NCBI RefSeq assembly: GCF_032191835.1
Contig: NC_083232.1
Coordinates: 52,452,001 to 52,516,000, forward strand
Origin: Heteronotia binoei
Lineage: Eukaryota
Reading direction: 5' to 3'
DNA: 64,000 nt
Made by a program: the position numbers and the translations under genes. Below are positions 1 through 13,140 of this stretch, piece after piece. The notes below the pieces were generated by a model. That model was not told the DNA's origin. It did no database searches and saw only the letters and a list, made by a program, of their open reading frames with translations. Within the stretch, counting starts at the first letter, position 1. Each line of letters begins with the position of its first letter.

Positions 1-101
1 GTCCCCCCTAAAATGCTGAACTTAGCACCATGGAACTGGAGGAGTTAACATTGTTTATTGAAGAGGGAGAAAAGTACTTATGGATATGGTATGCTCTAAA
101 A

Positions 102-522
102 CAAGGGTCCCCAACCCCTGGGCCATGGACTGGTACCAGTCCATGACCTGTTAGCAACCAGGCCGTGGAGTGAGGCAGTGGCACTGCACCACCTCTTTCG
201 CCTGCCCAGGTCTGAGGAGGACAAAAGAGGCAGTGTAGCCTCACTCCAAAGCACTATCTCTTTTTGGCAATGGAGCTGGGGATGCTCAACGTCTTCAGCA
301 TCTTGTTCTTAGCTGGGTCTCAGGTGGGTGGAAAGGGCAGTGTGGCAGTGACCTTCACCTAACCCTCATTTAAAGACCCCCCCAATGGGGAAGCAGGGAC
401 AGGATGTGAGTGTGGGGGCAGCTAGGGCAGCAAAAAACCCAGCACCCCCACCCCCACCTGTCCATGGAAAAATTGTCTTCTACCAAACCAGTCCCTAGTG
501 CCAAAAAGGCTGGAGGCCATTG
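102..522. mobile_element. Non-autonomous hAT (Charlie-like) DNA transposon
   Basis: Starts CAAGGGTCCCCAACC and ends ...AAAAAGGCTGGAGGCCATTG. Flanks CTCTAAAA / CTTTGAGA form a degenerate 8-bp TSD (5/8) resembling the NTCTAGAN Charlie target. Confidence 0.65.
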
Positions 523-612
523 CTTTGAGAGGTGGTGGACCTTATCTTACCCATCATATTACCCTCAAGTTCTGCTCAATAGTCAGCAAACAGGAGATTC
601 TGGCAGCTTCAA

Positions 613-1270
613 TAGCAGGTCTCTGTATTGCTTCTAAATGGGAGGTAAACCTTACAGATGGCAAAGACCACAACCAACACACACATAGGGCTGGCACGTG
701 GGAGTAGGCCAGGTAGGCGGCCACCTCGGGTGCCACCTGGTTGCAGGGTGGAGGGCGGAGGCAGGTGCCCCCTCCCCATCCCCACTCACGCCAATGGAGC
801 CGGCTGGGAAGCGGCCACCTGCATGCTTCTTCCTCTGTTCCAATTTGGAAAGGAGGGAGAAGCATGTGGGCACCACTTCCCAGCCAGCCAAGATCCTCTG
901 AAGCGGGGGGGGGAGTGAGCTGGGCTGGGGTGGGCCGAACGTTCTCACTTGGACCGCCCCTCACCCAGCCCCTCCACTCTGCCTCTTCAGACGGACTCAG
1001 GTGGCTGGGCAGCAACTGCCCACGTTCTTCTTCCTTTGTTCCAATTCGGAACGGAGGAAGACGCATGCAGGTGGCTGCTTCCCAGCCAGCTCCCTTTGAA
1101 GGGGGCAGGAGGCTTGGCGAGAATGCTCAGTCTGCCCCTCGCCCTGCCCTCCCCCTCCCTCTTTTAGAGGGAGCTGGCTGGGCCAGCAGAGAACGCCATC
1201 GCGTTCCTTTAGCTCTGGGCCTGCACACACACAGAGAACAAGAGCTAATACAGGCCAATACAGGCCACTA
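613..1270. mobile_element. Putative non-autonomous DNA transposon with two internal ~85-bp hairpins
   Basis: Imperfect TIRs TAGCAGGTCTCTGTATTG / CAATACAGGCCACTA. Internal inverted repeats at about 799-888 and 1003-1088. No clean TSD. Confidence 0.45.
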
Positions 1271-2047
1271 GTTCTTGGGAGTTCACTTAAAGGTATGCGC
1301 ACATACATACATCATAATATCCATTAAAAAGTCATCAACTAGGAAAAAACAGAACTTCAGAATGGCTATGCCACTATTTCTTTTGTAGATATACTGAGAA
1401 TTCTTATCTTTATTATTTTTAATTTGTTTTTCCACACAAAGGCACTTGTTCCATGTTTTCTTAGCTGTCAATCCAATAGCAGCAGATTCATTTCAAGCTC
1501 TGAGCTTTTGCACATCTTCCCACACTTCACAATTTTCCAGCTGCCATGTTGGTTTACTTTCTTACAGAAGTGCCTAAATTCAACTGGATTCTCTGCATAA
1601 GGATGCTCTTGTTCCCGGCAGTGGCAGAGCACCACCGTTCCCTTTTTTAAGTGCATATGCATTATATCAATGCATGACCTACCACTAGAAGAGGGGCTAG
1701 ACCCTTCCCTCCTCCTCCCTGTGCATGCATGAGGATTATCATATTGTCTCTGTGGAGAAATGCTCTCAATTCTCTGTGGTAGATGCTACAGCTCAGTATG
1801 AGGAACAATAGGAAAACAAACGTTTGGAACCAACTGGCTGTAATTTGGTATGTACCCCTTGTGAAGTATGGCTAGAGATGCCATGAATTCTGTGGTTAAC
1901 ATGTTCAGTAGTGGAATATTCTTTGTTCAACAGCCATGATCACCTGAGCACTGCAAGTCCATTCTATTCACCTCTCCACCCTGAATGTGAAACAAACAGC
2001 TGCATAGCTGTGGTAGTGTTGCCTACTCTGGCTTGGGACATTCCTGA

Positions 2048-2310
2048 AGAACATAAGAGAAGCCATGTTGGATCAGACCAATGGCCCATCCAGTCCAACA
2101 CTCTGTGTCACACAGTGGCCAAAACCCAGATGCCATCAGGAGGTCTATCAGTGGAGCCAGGACACTAGAAGCCCTGGGGGTGGAGCTCAAGAGGGATGTG
2201 ATGCTGTAGACCACCCTTTGAAGCTGCCATTTTCTCCAGGGGAACTGATCTCAATAGATCAGCTGTAATGCCTGGAGAATTCCAGGCCCTATTTAGTGGT
2301 TGGTAATCCT
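2048..2310. repeat. CR1 3' tail fragment adjoining a short MITE-like repeat
   Basis: AAGAACATAAGAGAAGCCATGTTGGATCAG... matches the 3' end of the large CR1 at about 21630-21700. It is followed by the GGAACTGATCTC/CTGGAGA motif repeat seen elsewhere in the window. Confidence 0.6.
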
Positions 2311-3011
2311 TGTTGGCAGACTCCTGTTTCCTTACATCAGTGAACTTTCATTTCCTTGCCTTGTGGATCCTGTGCATCTGTAAAGCAGGTGAAATTGATT
2401 CTATCCAGAGTTATGTGGTCAAGATTAAATAATATGGGGGTGCAACTCCACCTCCCATAATCCAGTGTGAAAATGCACATGTGTAAAATAACATTAACTA
2501 TACATTTATATGAAAGCCAAAAAAAAGTTTACTTGTAATCACTGGCTAGTTAAATGATTTTTTTTTCACTGTTTATATGACTGGTGGCCAAGGGACATGC
2601 AGGGGCAGTGGGTCGGGGGAAGAGGCAGAAAAACTGGACTGGCATCAGGGTCTGTGAGCATGTACAAGTGTGAAGCACTGCCTCTCTATATATACTGTAC
2701 TTCTGAGAGCTTGAAAAGTAACAAGACAAACAGGCTTAAACTGCTTGGAAACAGCAAAACGATCAATGAACATTTAGCTCACTATGTGCAACCAGGGAAC
2801 AGATGGTAAGCTGAACTGGCAAGTGTTCATGCATCCCAAATTGTGACCAGTGTTTCCAAAGGGCATTCCATAATTTCAAGAAGCTGGATCATAAGTTCTT
2901 TTCAAAAAGGAATTAAGACTTGTGTGATCACAATGATAGTCAAAGTGGAGAATTTAAGAAGCCACCATGCTAAGGGATGTTGCTTCATTTTAGGAATGAC
3001 AAAAGGAATAA

Positions 3012-3243
3012 AAGGGTAAAAGGTAGTCCCCTGTGCTAGCACCAGTCGTTTTCATGGCAGACTTTTTATGGGGTGGTTTGCCATTGGCTTCCACAGTCAT
3101 CTGCACTTTACCCCCAGCAAGCTGGGTACTCATTTTACTGACCTTGGAAGGATGGAAGGCTGAGAACCCTGAGTCAGCTACCTGAACTCCGCTTCTGCTG
3201 AGCTTGGACTGCAGTACTGCAGCTTACCACTCTGAACCATACC
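3012..3243 (-). mobile_element. Sauria-type SINE fragment
   Basis: GGTAAAAGGTAGTCCCCTGTG...CCCCAGCAAGCTGGGTACTCATTTTACTGACCTTGGAAGGATGGAAGGCTGAG matches my recollection of the Sauria SINE body. Confidence 0.65.
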
Positions 3244-5687
3244 TGGCAAAAGGAATGGCAATAGTCATTTTGGAAAGTAGGTAGGTAAAATTTATTGACA
3301 AAAGGAATGGCGATAGATAATAAATTTTACCAGCTACCTTCCAAAATGACTATGTAGCTCATATAAGCATCACAAGAAAAGTATCTGAATCAAAGCTATT
3401 GCCCCACTACAAAAGCACTATTTTTTAAGATAAAGGATAGATTTTAAGAAATAGATTATAAATAACTGTAACTTTTAAGTAGAATGATAATTCACATAGA
3501 TGCAGAATATTAACTTGATCAAAGAAACATTGACACACACTTTTCAGATTGCTGGCATTTTTAAATAAAGATAAATGCTCCACGTGCTTCCACTTTAGCC
3601 TGAAACCAGCATCCTCAGCTGCTTGCAAAGAAATCAGTAACCATTTTATAAAAGCCGGCAGCATACTCTTTTCCAACTCTTTTTTAAAAGGTCACAAAAC
3701 CTCTCGGAATTTCTGTTTCCTGCCTGTTCAAGATCCCATTCACTTCAAAGGAGAAATTCCCAGTGGATTTTTCTTCAAATCTCTGAAAGCCTTAGTACAG
3801 GATGGATGATCTATAGATAAAGCAAGACTCCACCATGTGGCATTAAGTGAAAATAAAACTTCCCACAACAACAGAAGGTATCAATTTTAAGTACCTTAGA
3901 AATGTTGGATTATAGAGTCAACATTAACTCTTCTTGCAGCAAAGAAACTTGGATAGGCTCATTGGTTTTCAAAAGAAAATTAATTTTAAAAGATAAATTT
4001 AAATCAAAGTCATAAAAAAGCAATCAGAGGCCACACATAATTTTCTTTTTGAGGGGTGGAGAAAGGGTAGAGAAATGGGAGAACTGTCACATTAAATTTA
4101 TATTTCTGGTTTGTAGAAAGTAAAATTAACAGTATAATTCTAAACAGACTTGTACCCTTCTACTCTCATTGCATCCAGTGGATTCAGACCAGTATACAGA
4201 GTATAACTCTGTTTAGGACTAAGCTGTCAATGAACTTATTTTTTAAAAAAAAAATAATAATTGGATTTCTCCATACTGAAGTATCAATATTCATTCACAG
4301 TATCAATATTCACACATAGAGTATCAGTACTAATACATAGTTCCTGTTCTCAGAAGGAAAATAACAATTCAGCCAAGTATCAAAGGGTGTTAGTTAGATG
4401 CAATTTTCAGATCTGTTATTAACAATGGGAATGCTGCCATTGCCTGCAGTGTGTGAGTTTGCACCTTTAACAGCTTTGTTGACTAGCAACCTAAATGGTT
4501 TAAGGAAAGGAACAGACACCAGTTCCATTTGAAACACTATCATTCCCATAGATCTCAGATATCCATCTACTCCCTTTTTCAATTTTTGGACATACATTTA
4601 ACTACCTTTCTTTAAAAAAAAAAAAGTCTTTGATCATGTTTGATTCATTTCCTGCAATACACTAACATCACTTGGTTATATCCTCCTCTAAGAACTAGTT
4701 TTGCCCTGCAAAAGCAAATGGCTTGAATCCATAAATGCAACAATGCTTTGTAAATCTCCCTGTTTTCCTGATAAACTGAAAGGACTTCTAGGCCACTTTC
4801 CAGAAAGCTCCTGTAAGCATGCTGTTCCATTTTGTCCTTTGAACAGTTTAGGTCACACTGCAAGCTGCCTTGGAGAGCAAATATTGTTAATGTATTCAAT
4901 GGTTCAGGGAGACCTGGGTTCAATCCATTAAGGTTATTTACCTTGCACTATTTATTTCATTTTTTTATTTTTGTGAATACACCCTGTCTCACCTAACCTA
5001 TCTCACAGGATTATTGTGAGGATTAGGATAAAAGGAAGATCCATGTACATCATCCTAACTCTTTGGAAGAAGGATACAACACAAAGGTAACAGATAATAG
5101 ATCATCCTATAAAGTTAATTGTGTACTTGGTGTTTCTTCTGATGCTAAACATTTTTTATTCTTGGATGGAAACTCATCACTGGATAAAAATGGCTAGAAA
5201 TCAAGACCACAATACAAGTTACAAGACTGCTGTCACATTACCCAGCAATAGTTATGATCTGAGAAATCATCCCCCTCCCAACTAACCTATTTATGCCCCA
5301 TGTAATATGATTACATTTTAATTAATATAATTGTGTGACAAGGTAATAATAAAAAGTAGCAACCTATATGGCTAATTTCAACAGAGAAGCTCTTTGTGTG
5401 TTCACAGAAAGGGGAACAGGGTTGGAATTCAAATAGGTGGGTGGACTTAAGGGACTGGACAAACCCAGAGATTTTTTAAGGGAGTTTTTTCGTTGAACCG
5501 CAAACTACCTGACCATATTGAAATCTGATTTTAAAATACCCCTGTATTCCAAAATGTGGTGCGGTAGCTTCATGAGGAAAAAATTGATTCCTTGAGTGCA
5601 TTGGGTTTCACATCTGCTTTTGCATCTATATTTAACAACTAACCATTCACTTGGCTTACAGAGTGTGTAGCCTATTTGAAGACATTC

Positions 5688-5860
5688 ATGGAATCCTAGA
5701 ATCACAGAGTTGGAAGGGGCCATACAGGACATCTAGTCCACCCCCCTGTTCAATGCAGGATCAGCCTACAGCATCCCTGACAAATGTTTGTCCAGCCACT
5801 GCTTAAAGACTGACAGTGAAAGGGGCCTGCATTATGTGCTTCAACATTGTTGAACACAGT
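5688..5860 (-). mobile_element. CR1 LINE 3' fragment
   Basis: AGAATCACAGAGTTGGAAGGGGCC...ATCTAGTCCA is the typical reptile CR1 3' end in reverse orientation. Confidence 0.7.
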
Positions 5861-6040
5861 TGGGCACAGGTAAAAGAACTAATCAGGGCAGTGTTTCCCA
5901 ATCTTTTCGACGCAGCGGTACGCTTACCTCACTCTTCATATCTCATGGTACCCTTAAGGAAAACACCTATTTTAAAAAAAATTGATTTACTTTCTAGTTA
6001 CGTGAGAGACTTATTAGTTTATTGCTGTTAAGTTTCTGTT

Positions 6041-6990
6041 TATTCATTTTATTTTATTTATTTTTATTTTAGTATATTTCTATTTCGCCCATTCCCTGTA
6101 GGGCTCAGGGCGGAGTACAACATATGATAAAACAATAAAATACAATAAAAACATTTTAAAAACAGACAGCTCAGCAGCACTCAGAGAAATTTGCCGTATC
6201 ATCCCAGCCTGGCCATCTCACATCATGATATCTCATAGAGATGGCAGATGATAATCCATTTTGTAACAGAGGTGACAGTGCCGATAGGGGAGGCCAACCA
6301 GATTAAGAATAGACGCCCGCAGCCTTAACTAAAAGCCGGGTGGAACAGCTCTGTTTTACAGGCCCTATGGAAGGCTAATAAGCCAGGTAGGGCCGGGATC
6401 TCTGTAGGGAGCTGATTCCACTAGGTCAGGGCCAGGACTGAAACAGCCCTGGCCCTAGTTGAGGCAAGGCGGGCATCTCTTGGGCTGGGGATGGCCAACA
6501 GATGTTGGGAGGCTGAACGTAACGACCTCCTAGGCATATATGGAAGGAGACGGTCCTGCGGGTATGTTGGTCCCAGGCCACGTAAGGCTTTAAACATTAG
6601 AACTAAAACCTTGAAGCAGATCTGGTACTCAATTGGCAGCCAGTGCAGACTGCAAAGCTCCAGCCAACTGCCCACCCATAAAGGTGGTGCAGTCAGCAGG
6701 TGAGCCACTGCATTCTGCACCCGCTGCAGTTTATGGATCAGTCTCAAGGGTAAGCCAGCATAGAGCAAGTTACAGTAGTCTACTCTGGAAGTGACCATTG
6801 CATGAATCACTGTAGCCAGGTCTTAGGGAGATAGAAATGGCACTAGCTGCCTGATCTGCCGAAGATAACAAAAGGCAGACCTGGCAACCATCGTGATCTG
6901 GACCTCCATGGAGGCATCCAAAGTCACTCCCAAACTCTTCACCTTTTGTAGCAGGAACCTGTTGGGCTGGCACCAATGTAGCACTGTCCA
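6041..6990 (-). mobile_element. L2-clade LINE 3' fragment (post-RT C-terminus plus 3' tail)
   Basis: ORF 6421-6810 HAMVTSRVDYCNLLYAGLP...KLQRVQNA...LHWLP. Tail GGGCTCAGGGCGG followed by an (AATAA)-type microsatellite. Confidence 0.85.
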
Positions 6991-8266
6991 AAGCTAATTA
7001 ATGATGTGAAAATAAATGTAATTTAAACTAATTAAATTAAGACAGAATAGTATGATATTTTAAAATTCTTCAAAGCACACAACAGACGGAAGTCCCAACA
7101 GTAATGTTAAGAAACTATTCTGAATGCGATTTATAAATGTCCACCAAACTGTAACACAAAAATTTTCAGTGTCAGAACAGATGCTAGCCTGGAATGTGCA
7201 ACTTGTGAATGTAAGCTTTTGTATTCTAAAAGCACACTTCATCAGACAACAGTATGGTTCATTCATTCAAATTGGCATCAGCACATTTTCAACTGAATGC
7301 TTCTTCTAGCCAGTGTAGTCTTTACATTCAAAGTTCCAGTGTAGGTTCTTAAAATCGATATGAGTAGTATGTAAGAAAAAACAGGTTAGCAGTGCAATCC
7401 TAAATGGAGTTTCATCCTTCTAAATGCACTGATGTCAGTGGGTTTAGGGTGTGACTATGCTTAACACACTATGGTTAGCCCTTGATAGGGTGCACTACAA
7501 CTTTGCAGCCATTCATCCAAGAGTGACCTGACCTGCCTGGGTGAGTTGAGCTGTAACTTAGTGCAACTGGTAGGAGAATCTCTCCTCACACCAATGAGGG
7601 AGGGGGGGGTCCATTTTGCACCAGTTCGGCACCCACCATTTTAGGTACCTTAGAGAAGAGAGGCAGAGCTCTTGCTGTCACCGACAAGGCCACTCACATG
7701 GCACCTGCTCTCTGCCTCCCCTCCCCTCCACCCACTTATCTCCCAGTAGTCCTGGCTCTGTACACTTGCCTTGCCTTGCTCCCTCTATGCAAGTGGAATC
7801 ACGCTCTGCAGCTCAAGAACCCCGGCCCCTGAGGTCTGCCCAGCCAACTTTCCTCCGCATGCCCTCCTTGTGGCCCAGCATGTTGCTGAACTTGCTGCTG
7901 TCAACTCAATACTATGGCCGGCGGTGGCACCCAGCTGTCAGTCCGAGGGATGGAGGAGGAATGCAGCTGGGTGATCTGCCTGGTGGCGTGGCGAAAAAGG
8001 GACAGAGGAGTCGGGCATCGGCAGCAGTAGCAGCAGGTGACACGTGCTGCTCTGCTCATAGCCTGATTGGCACAGTGTTTGGTGCTGTCAGCCTTGTGTG
8101 CGTGCGTTTTTTGGAGTTGCCCTGCACCTGGCCAGGCTGGTCAGAGGGAGATGGCAGGTGGAGGGGGGTTGGCTGGCATCACAATACATCTACATCTTGC
8201 AGTACCCCTAGGAAGTGTTTGCGGTACCCCAGGGTATCACGGTACTCTGGATGGGAATCACTGAAT

Positions 8267-8441
8267 CGGCTTCTTTTGTAGCAGGAACTCCTTTGCATAT
8301 TAGGCCACACACCCCTGATGTAGCCAGTCCTCCAAGAGCTTGCAGGGCTCTTAGTACAGGGCCTACTGTAAGCTCTTGGAGGATTGGCTACAGCAGGAGG
8401 GTGGGCTACAAAGGAGTTCCTGCTAAAAAAAAAAAGCTCTG
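8267..8441. mobile_element. Palindromic MITE (same family as 56761-56941)
   Basis: TTTTGTAGCAGGAACTCCTTTGCATATTAGGCCACACACCCCTGATGTAGCC ... GGATTGGCTACA...AAAGGAGTTCCTGCTAAAAAAA forms a fold-back and is highly similar to 56761-56941. Confidence 0.8.
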
Positions 8442-9926
8442 GAACTAATGCATCCATAGGGTTGCCAGGTCCTGGTTGTGAGAGGGGGAGTCTTCTTGTG
8501 CACACAAATTGCATCCAGCGTGATAACATCTATCACTAAGGAAAAAAGTGATAAGAGCATCCCCTTGGCAAAGTGCCCAGCATGATAGTGTCACTTCCAG
8601 GTGATGTCATTGCACTGGGCATGTTGCGGCATGCCAGTGCTCTTTGGGGGGTGCGGCTCCCCCCAGTGACCAGCTCTATGGTGGTTTGGGGCCCCAAAAT
8701 TAGGGGAACCCCTACCCCTCCCATATACTTTTAACCATTTAATATCTTGATCTCCCACACTGGTTGAGAGTGGCTTGGATGGAGCTTAGCTGGGAGTGGA
8801 GAATTCAATACAAAGCAAGTTCCAGGGAGAAAGTAACTTGGTATGGCAATACTGCTGATGAAGAATGGATGTGAAAGCCTGATTCTAGAAGGCTAGACCT
8901 TGTTTTCAATAAAATTAATGAATTGGAACACAAAACAGGTAATTAAGAATGTTGAAAAAAATCTTAATAACAGAGTTTTTGTAGAGGACATTTTGATTCA
9001 GTAGCATATATTTATATCAGCCTTAAGGAAGACTTATATCAGAAACTTAGAAAGTGACAGAGAGGGAAGGAACTTTCCGATTTCCCCAGAGAGCTCTTTT
9101 CTGCGGGCACCTCCTTTGGAGGGCTATACTTTAGCTCCCCTAAATCCAGTTACCACCAAAATTGGAAGGCTTGTAGAGGAGTCAGCTTGCTGCAAGTTTG
9201 AGATCTCTAGCCCACAGGGGGGCTGTTCATCCAATCACGAATTTCAGCCACCTCGGTGGGAAGGGCGGGATATAAATCGAAATATAAATAAATAAATAAA
9301 TAAAATGAACTGGTTTGGTAAACGGGAAGGTCCATGAAGAGTTGTAGTTCATGCGGCCTCATGAATCGAAACACACCTCCATTTTCCCAGTGTGTGCCCA
9401 TCTCTACTTCCCAGTCTTCTGGTATAGCAGCTGAGACCAGGGCACATTGTTTTTCAAAATTAAGAAACAAGGCACTGGGACCACATAATTTTGATGAATT
9501 TATAAAATCTACCTATTTGTTTTAGCTTAGATTTTGGACAATTTAATCATTTTTTGGACTGCAGACTCCTGCAATCCTTTAAAAGTTGGAGTCTTCTTAC
9601 AGAGGATAATAACGTTCATATTTGTAAACCAATGCAATCTATACAGATTATAAAACAATGGATGAAATTATGGCACAGATTCACAGTGCACTTCTATGCT
9701 AAATTATTCTAGTCTAAGACAACCCATTTTCTGTTATAAAGAGAATTCTGTATGAGGACTGGATAGCTGGCAGTTCTGAAATATGTAACCTTCAGAAGGT
9801 AAAAACTTTTCAGCTGCCTTAGAGCAGGGCTCATCATGGAATCATAGAGTTGCTTGCACACCACTTCTGAAAGGCAATTTTTTTAATTAGCTGATTGTGG
9901 ATCATAATAAATTACAATGATGATGG

Positions 9927-10888
9927 TGTTGGATTATGTGGCCGTGAGGATGAAAATCTTATCAGTTAATATAACAGAACTCCAGTTAATATAAAACAAA
10001 ATAAAACTTTATTTGTACAATGAATATTGGTTTTAAGATGTTTACAGCTGACTAAGGTGTCACTCTTTCACTTCACACACTCCTCACTCTCATATCACTC
10101 TGGAGACCAAGTCCTATGAGGAAAGGTTGAAGGAGCTGGGCGTGTTTAGCCTGGAGAGGAGGCAGCTGAAAGGTGATATGATCACCATCTTCAACTACTT
10201 GAAGGGCTGTCATATAGAAGATGGTGTGGAATTGTTTACTGTGGCCCAGAAAGGACCAGAATCAATGGGCTGAAATTAAATCAAGAGGTTCTGGCTCAAC
10301 ATAAGGAAGAACGTCCTTAGAGCGATTCCTCAGTGGAACAGGCTTCCTTGGGAGGTGGTGGGCTCTCCTTCCTTGGAGGTTTTTAAACAGAGGCTAGATG
10401 GCCATCTGACAGCAATGAAAATCCTGTGAATTTAGGGGGTGGTGTGAGTTTCCTGCATTGTGCAGAGGGTTGGACTAGATGACCCTGGAGATCCCTTCCA
10501 ACTCTATGATTCTATATCCTCCTTTCTCTTCCTAACTAAACTTTCTTGTAGCTTCTGTTTCTCACACTCCTATAATACTTTGATAATATTAGGTTTTGGC
10601 TCTCTAGTCCCTAATATTATCTAAAGTATTCAACTTTTCTTCCCTAGAATCTTAATGCCTTTCACAGAACTGGTATGAGATTCTAATCAGAAGACTACTT
10701 CTCAGACTCTATAGGCCGCTGACTGACCATGATTATTAACTGCTGTCACTTTGCTGAGTTAACTGCTGACTGACGTTTCTCTCTCCATACATACTTCTTA
10801 GCTCCGCCCACACTCTCTCAGTCACCAACCAATCACTTCATTCACTCCCCCTCTTTCACCCCCCTTTCTCTACTGCAACTTACCAACA
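9927..10888 (-). mobile_element. Possible solo LTR interrupted by a CR1 fragment
   Basis: TGTTGG...CCAACA inverted termini and a minus-strand AATAAA at 10008-10013. No matching TSD found. Confidence 0.3.
10100..10515 (+). mobile_element. CR1 LINE 3' fragment
   Basis: CTGGAGACCAAGTCCTATGAGGAAAGGTTGAAGGAGCTGGG ([14 protein letters not shown]) ... ends CCAACTCTATGATTCTAT, the (ATTCTATG)n CR1 tail. Confidence 0.9.
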
Positions 10889-11145
10889 ATTAAAGGAACA
10901 CACATATATAAATTCAAATCATTATATGTGCACTGGAATATTTTACTTCTCCCTACTTTTTCCTTCAGTTTGCTTTAAATATATTTGAATTTTTTTTTCA
11001 AAGCTGTGTCCTAAGGTGATTAGAGAACAACAACAACAAAAAACCAGATGCAAATCTTGCAATCTCATTCACCAGACTCAATTTAGAGCCACTAAGTTGG
11101 AGCCAATATTAATTTGTCATAATTACTGGTACTTATCACAATACC

Positions 11146-11151
11146 TTTATT
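11146..11151 (-). terminator. POLR1F: Candidate polyadenylation signal (AATAAA) of POLR1F
   Basis: First AATAAA I found on the minus strand downstream of the stop codon, about 360 nt after 11514. Confidence 0.45.
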
Positions 11152-11513
11152 GACCTGGTAATAAGAATTACAGGTACACAATTATTCTTCAAAAATATGA
11201 ACATTTTAAGGAATACAACTCCTGGAGAAAAAGTTTGTTTTGCGGACATGGAATTCTTTTTAGAACAGATTTCCTAAAACTATTTGAAGAACAGGTGTTT
11301 GCTGGCTTGGCTCCTCACCTGTAGGACGACAGGATGAAATTATTTTGTTTCATATTATTATGTTTTTAATACACAATTTCCATGTGCTTATGTGAAGTAT
11401 CTACAATGGGACCCTTGCAATACAACTCATGACACTCCAGGTTTTCCGACTTATCAAATATATCCAATTGAAGAATTCAATCAAGGCACTTTTTGAACAT
11501 CCTTTGGATTAGG

Positions 11514-11838
11514 TCATTCCTTTCTTTTCTTTTTAACTTTGTGCTGTGACAATACAGGGAGTCCACTGTCTTCATCATTAAGTTTTCTTTTCTTTTTCTT
11601 AGAATGGCCACGATCACTATGGTAGCCACTAGAGTCACTAGCATGCATTCCCAGGTCTGCTCTGTCTTGTTCATAAACACTCTCAGGGTTTGTACCACCT
11701 ATTTCATCCGCAGCAGCCTTGTTCTGCAACTCTCCAGTTACAACCTCAGCAGTTTGTATGGCAGTTTCCATCTCTTGTGTATCATCCTGCTCATCATAGA
11801 GATTCTCACATTTTTCATTTGGTATTTTTGTTCCAGTG
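11514..11838 (-). CDS. POLR1F: POLR1F coding exon 4 (last); acidic and Lys-rich C-terminus
   Basis: Polypyrimidine tract plus TGTAG acceptor at 11840-11839, phase 2. Encodes (S)TGTKIPNEK...ASDSSGYHSDRGHSKKKKRK...KKKRKE*. DSSGYxSD plus Lys tract matches the vertebrate RPA43 tail. Confidence 0.85.
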
Positions 11839-12025
11839 CTACATTGCAAAAACACAAAGCAAGAAAGAAAACAGAGGATAAGCTTCCAAAACGTTCTGCA
11901 ACTGACATACTGCATTCCATTAATTCAGTAGGAAATATTAACTCCTATCAATTAGCTTTGCTTTTTTATTTGATCTACCAATTTTGTAACTTTTTGTGAA
12001 GCTAGCCATGCTTACCAACACAGAT

Positions 12026-12583
12026 CAGGGGTGGGGAACCTTTTTTCTGCCAAGGGCCATTTGGATATTTATAACATCATTCGCAGGCCATAAAAAATTA
12101 TCAAAAAACAGTGCTCAGCTGAGGGAGAACGATTCAGGCCGGCAAAATTAATGCAAATAATTGTTTTTCTATTTGAAGACATGTGGGGAGAGCCTAATCT
12201 GGCACGCACACACACACCCAGCCCGCCGCCATAGGCAAATGCATAGGAACTCATTAGCATATTAGACCACATCCCCTAATATTAGCATATTAGGTCACAC
12301 CATCTGGGATAATCAAGTGCAAACTGAACAGTAACTTTTTCAGGCCCTGCAGCAATTCTGGCCAGCCAGCCAGGCCGCAGGGAGGGTGCTGCACAATACA
12401 TCTGGGCCCTGTGATCCCTGCCTGGCCCTGGGGAGGCTGCTGCACAGCGTGGCTGGGCCCCACAATCCTCGCTGGCCAGCCAGGCCCCAGGGAGGCTGCC
12501 ACATGGCTTGGTTCAGTCCAGCAGTCCCTGAGGGCCACACCAAGTGATCTCGAGGCCCTCGGAATGGAGGTTCCCCGCCCCTG
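12026..12583. mobile_element. Non-autonomous hAT (Charlie-like) element in POLR1F intron 3
   Basis: TIRs CAGGGGTGGGGAACC / GGTTCCCCGCCCCTG (14/15). Flanks ACACAGAT / GTATAGAT form a degenerate 8-bp TSD. Confidence 0.85.
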
Positions 12584-12931
12584 GTATAGATAATCAGGCC
12601 TTGCTGTTCACTGAAAGCTAAATACTATAAAAGTGATCAACAAACCTTGCTACAGCTTTCATTTTTTGCACTCTTGCATTAACCAAACTATTGCTGAATT
12701 ATCCTTCAGATCCAAAGACAAACCTGCAAACTCCTTGGGATACAGCCAATATATTCTAATACTGTACAACTGGTCAGGCTATACTCCCCCTCCCTCCCAA
12801 AAAAGGGCAAAATGCAGTTCTCTACCTGACTGTAGCTCCTGCTACAGTCTATGCAAATAAATTCATTTTGTTCTCCCTGAGAATGAAATATGCCGATTCT
12901 ATGAAACTCTAGATACATGCTATTACTGTAC

Positions 12932-13140
12932 CTGCTTTTGCACAATCTTCCTCGGATGCAGAACACTCCAGCAGCATCTGAATCGAAATACAGCACTTTA
13001 AAAACCAGCCTATCACCTATTTGGAAGCCAAGGTTTTTCCACTCATCAATTGATATGCAATCAGGTCTTGGGATGGACGCATTGAAACACCCATGTACTA
13101 GACAGCCCATGTGACTTGATGCCACTTTATTAATTATGCC
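12932..13140 (-). CDS. POLR1F: POLR1F coding exon 3 (209 nt)
   Basis: CCAG|GGC acceptor and AG|GTACAG donor. GIINKVASSHMGCLVHGCFNASIPRP...DSDAAGVFCIRGRL matches the RPA43 OB-fold. Confidence 0.96.

Noticed and set aside
741-1271. 176-aa ORF and overlapping antisense ORFs
   Set aside because: They lie within a GC-rich hairpin repeat and show no recognisable domain.
7616-8281. 221-aa ORF
   Set aside because: GC-rich repeat-like sequence running into a MITE, with no protein motif or splice context.
11738-11909. Upstream AG as the main POLR1F exon 4 acceptor
   Set aside because: It has a weak pyrimidine tract, is out of frame with DSSGYHSD, and would translate the real polypyrimidine tract.
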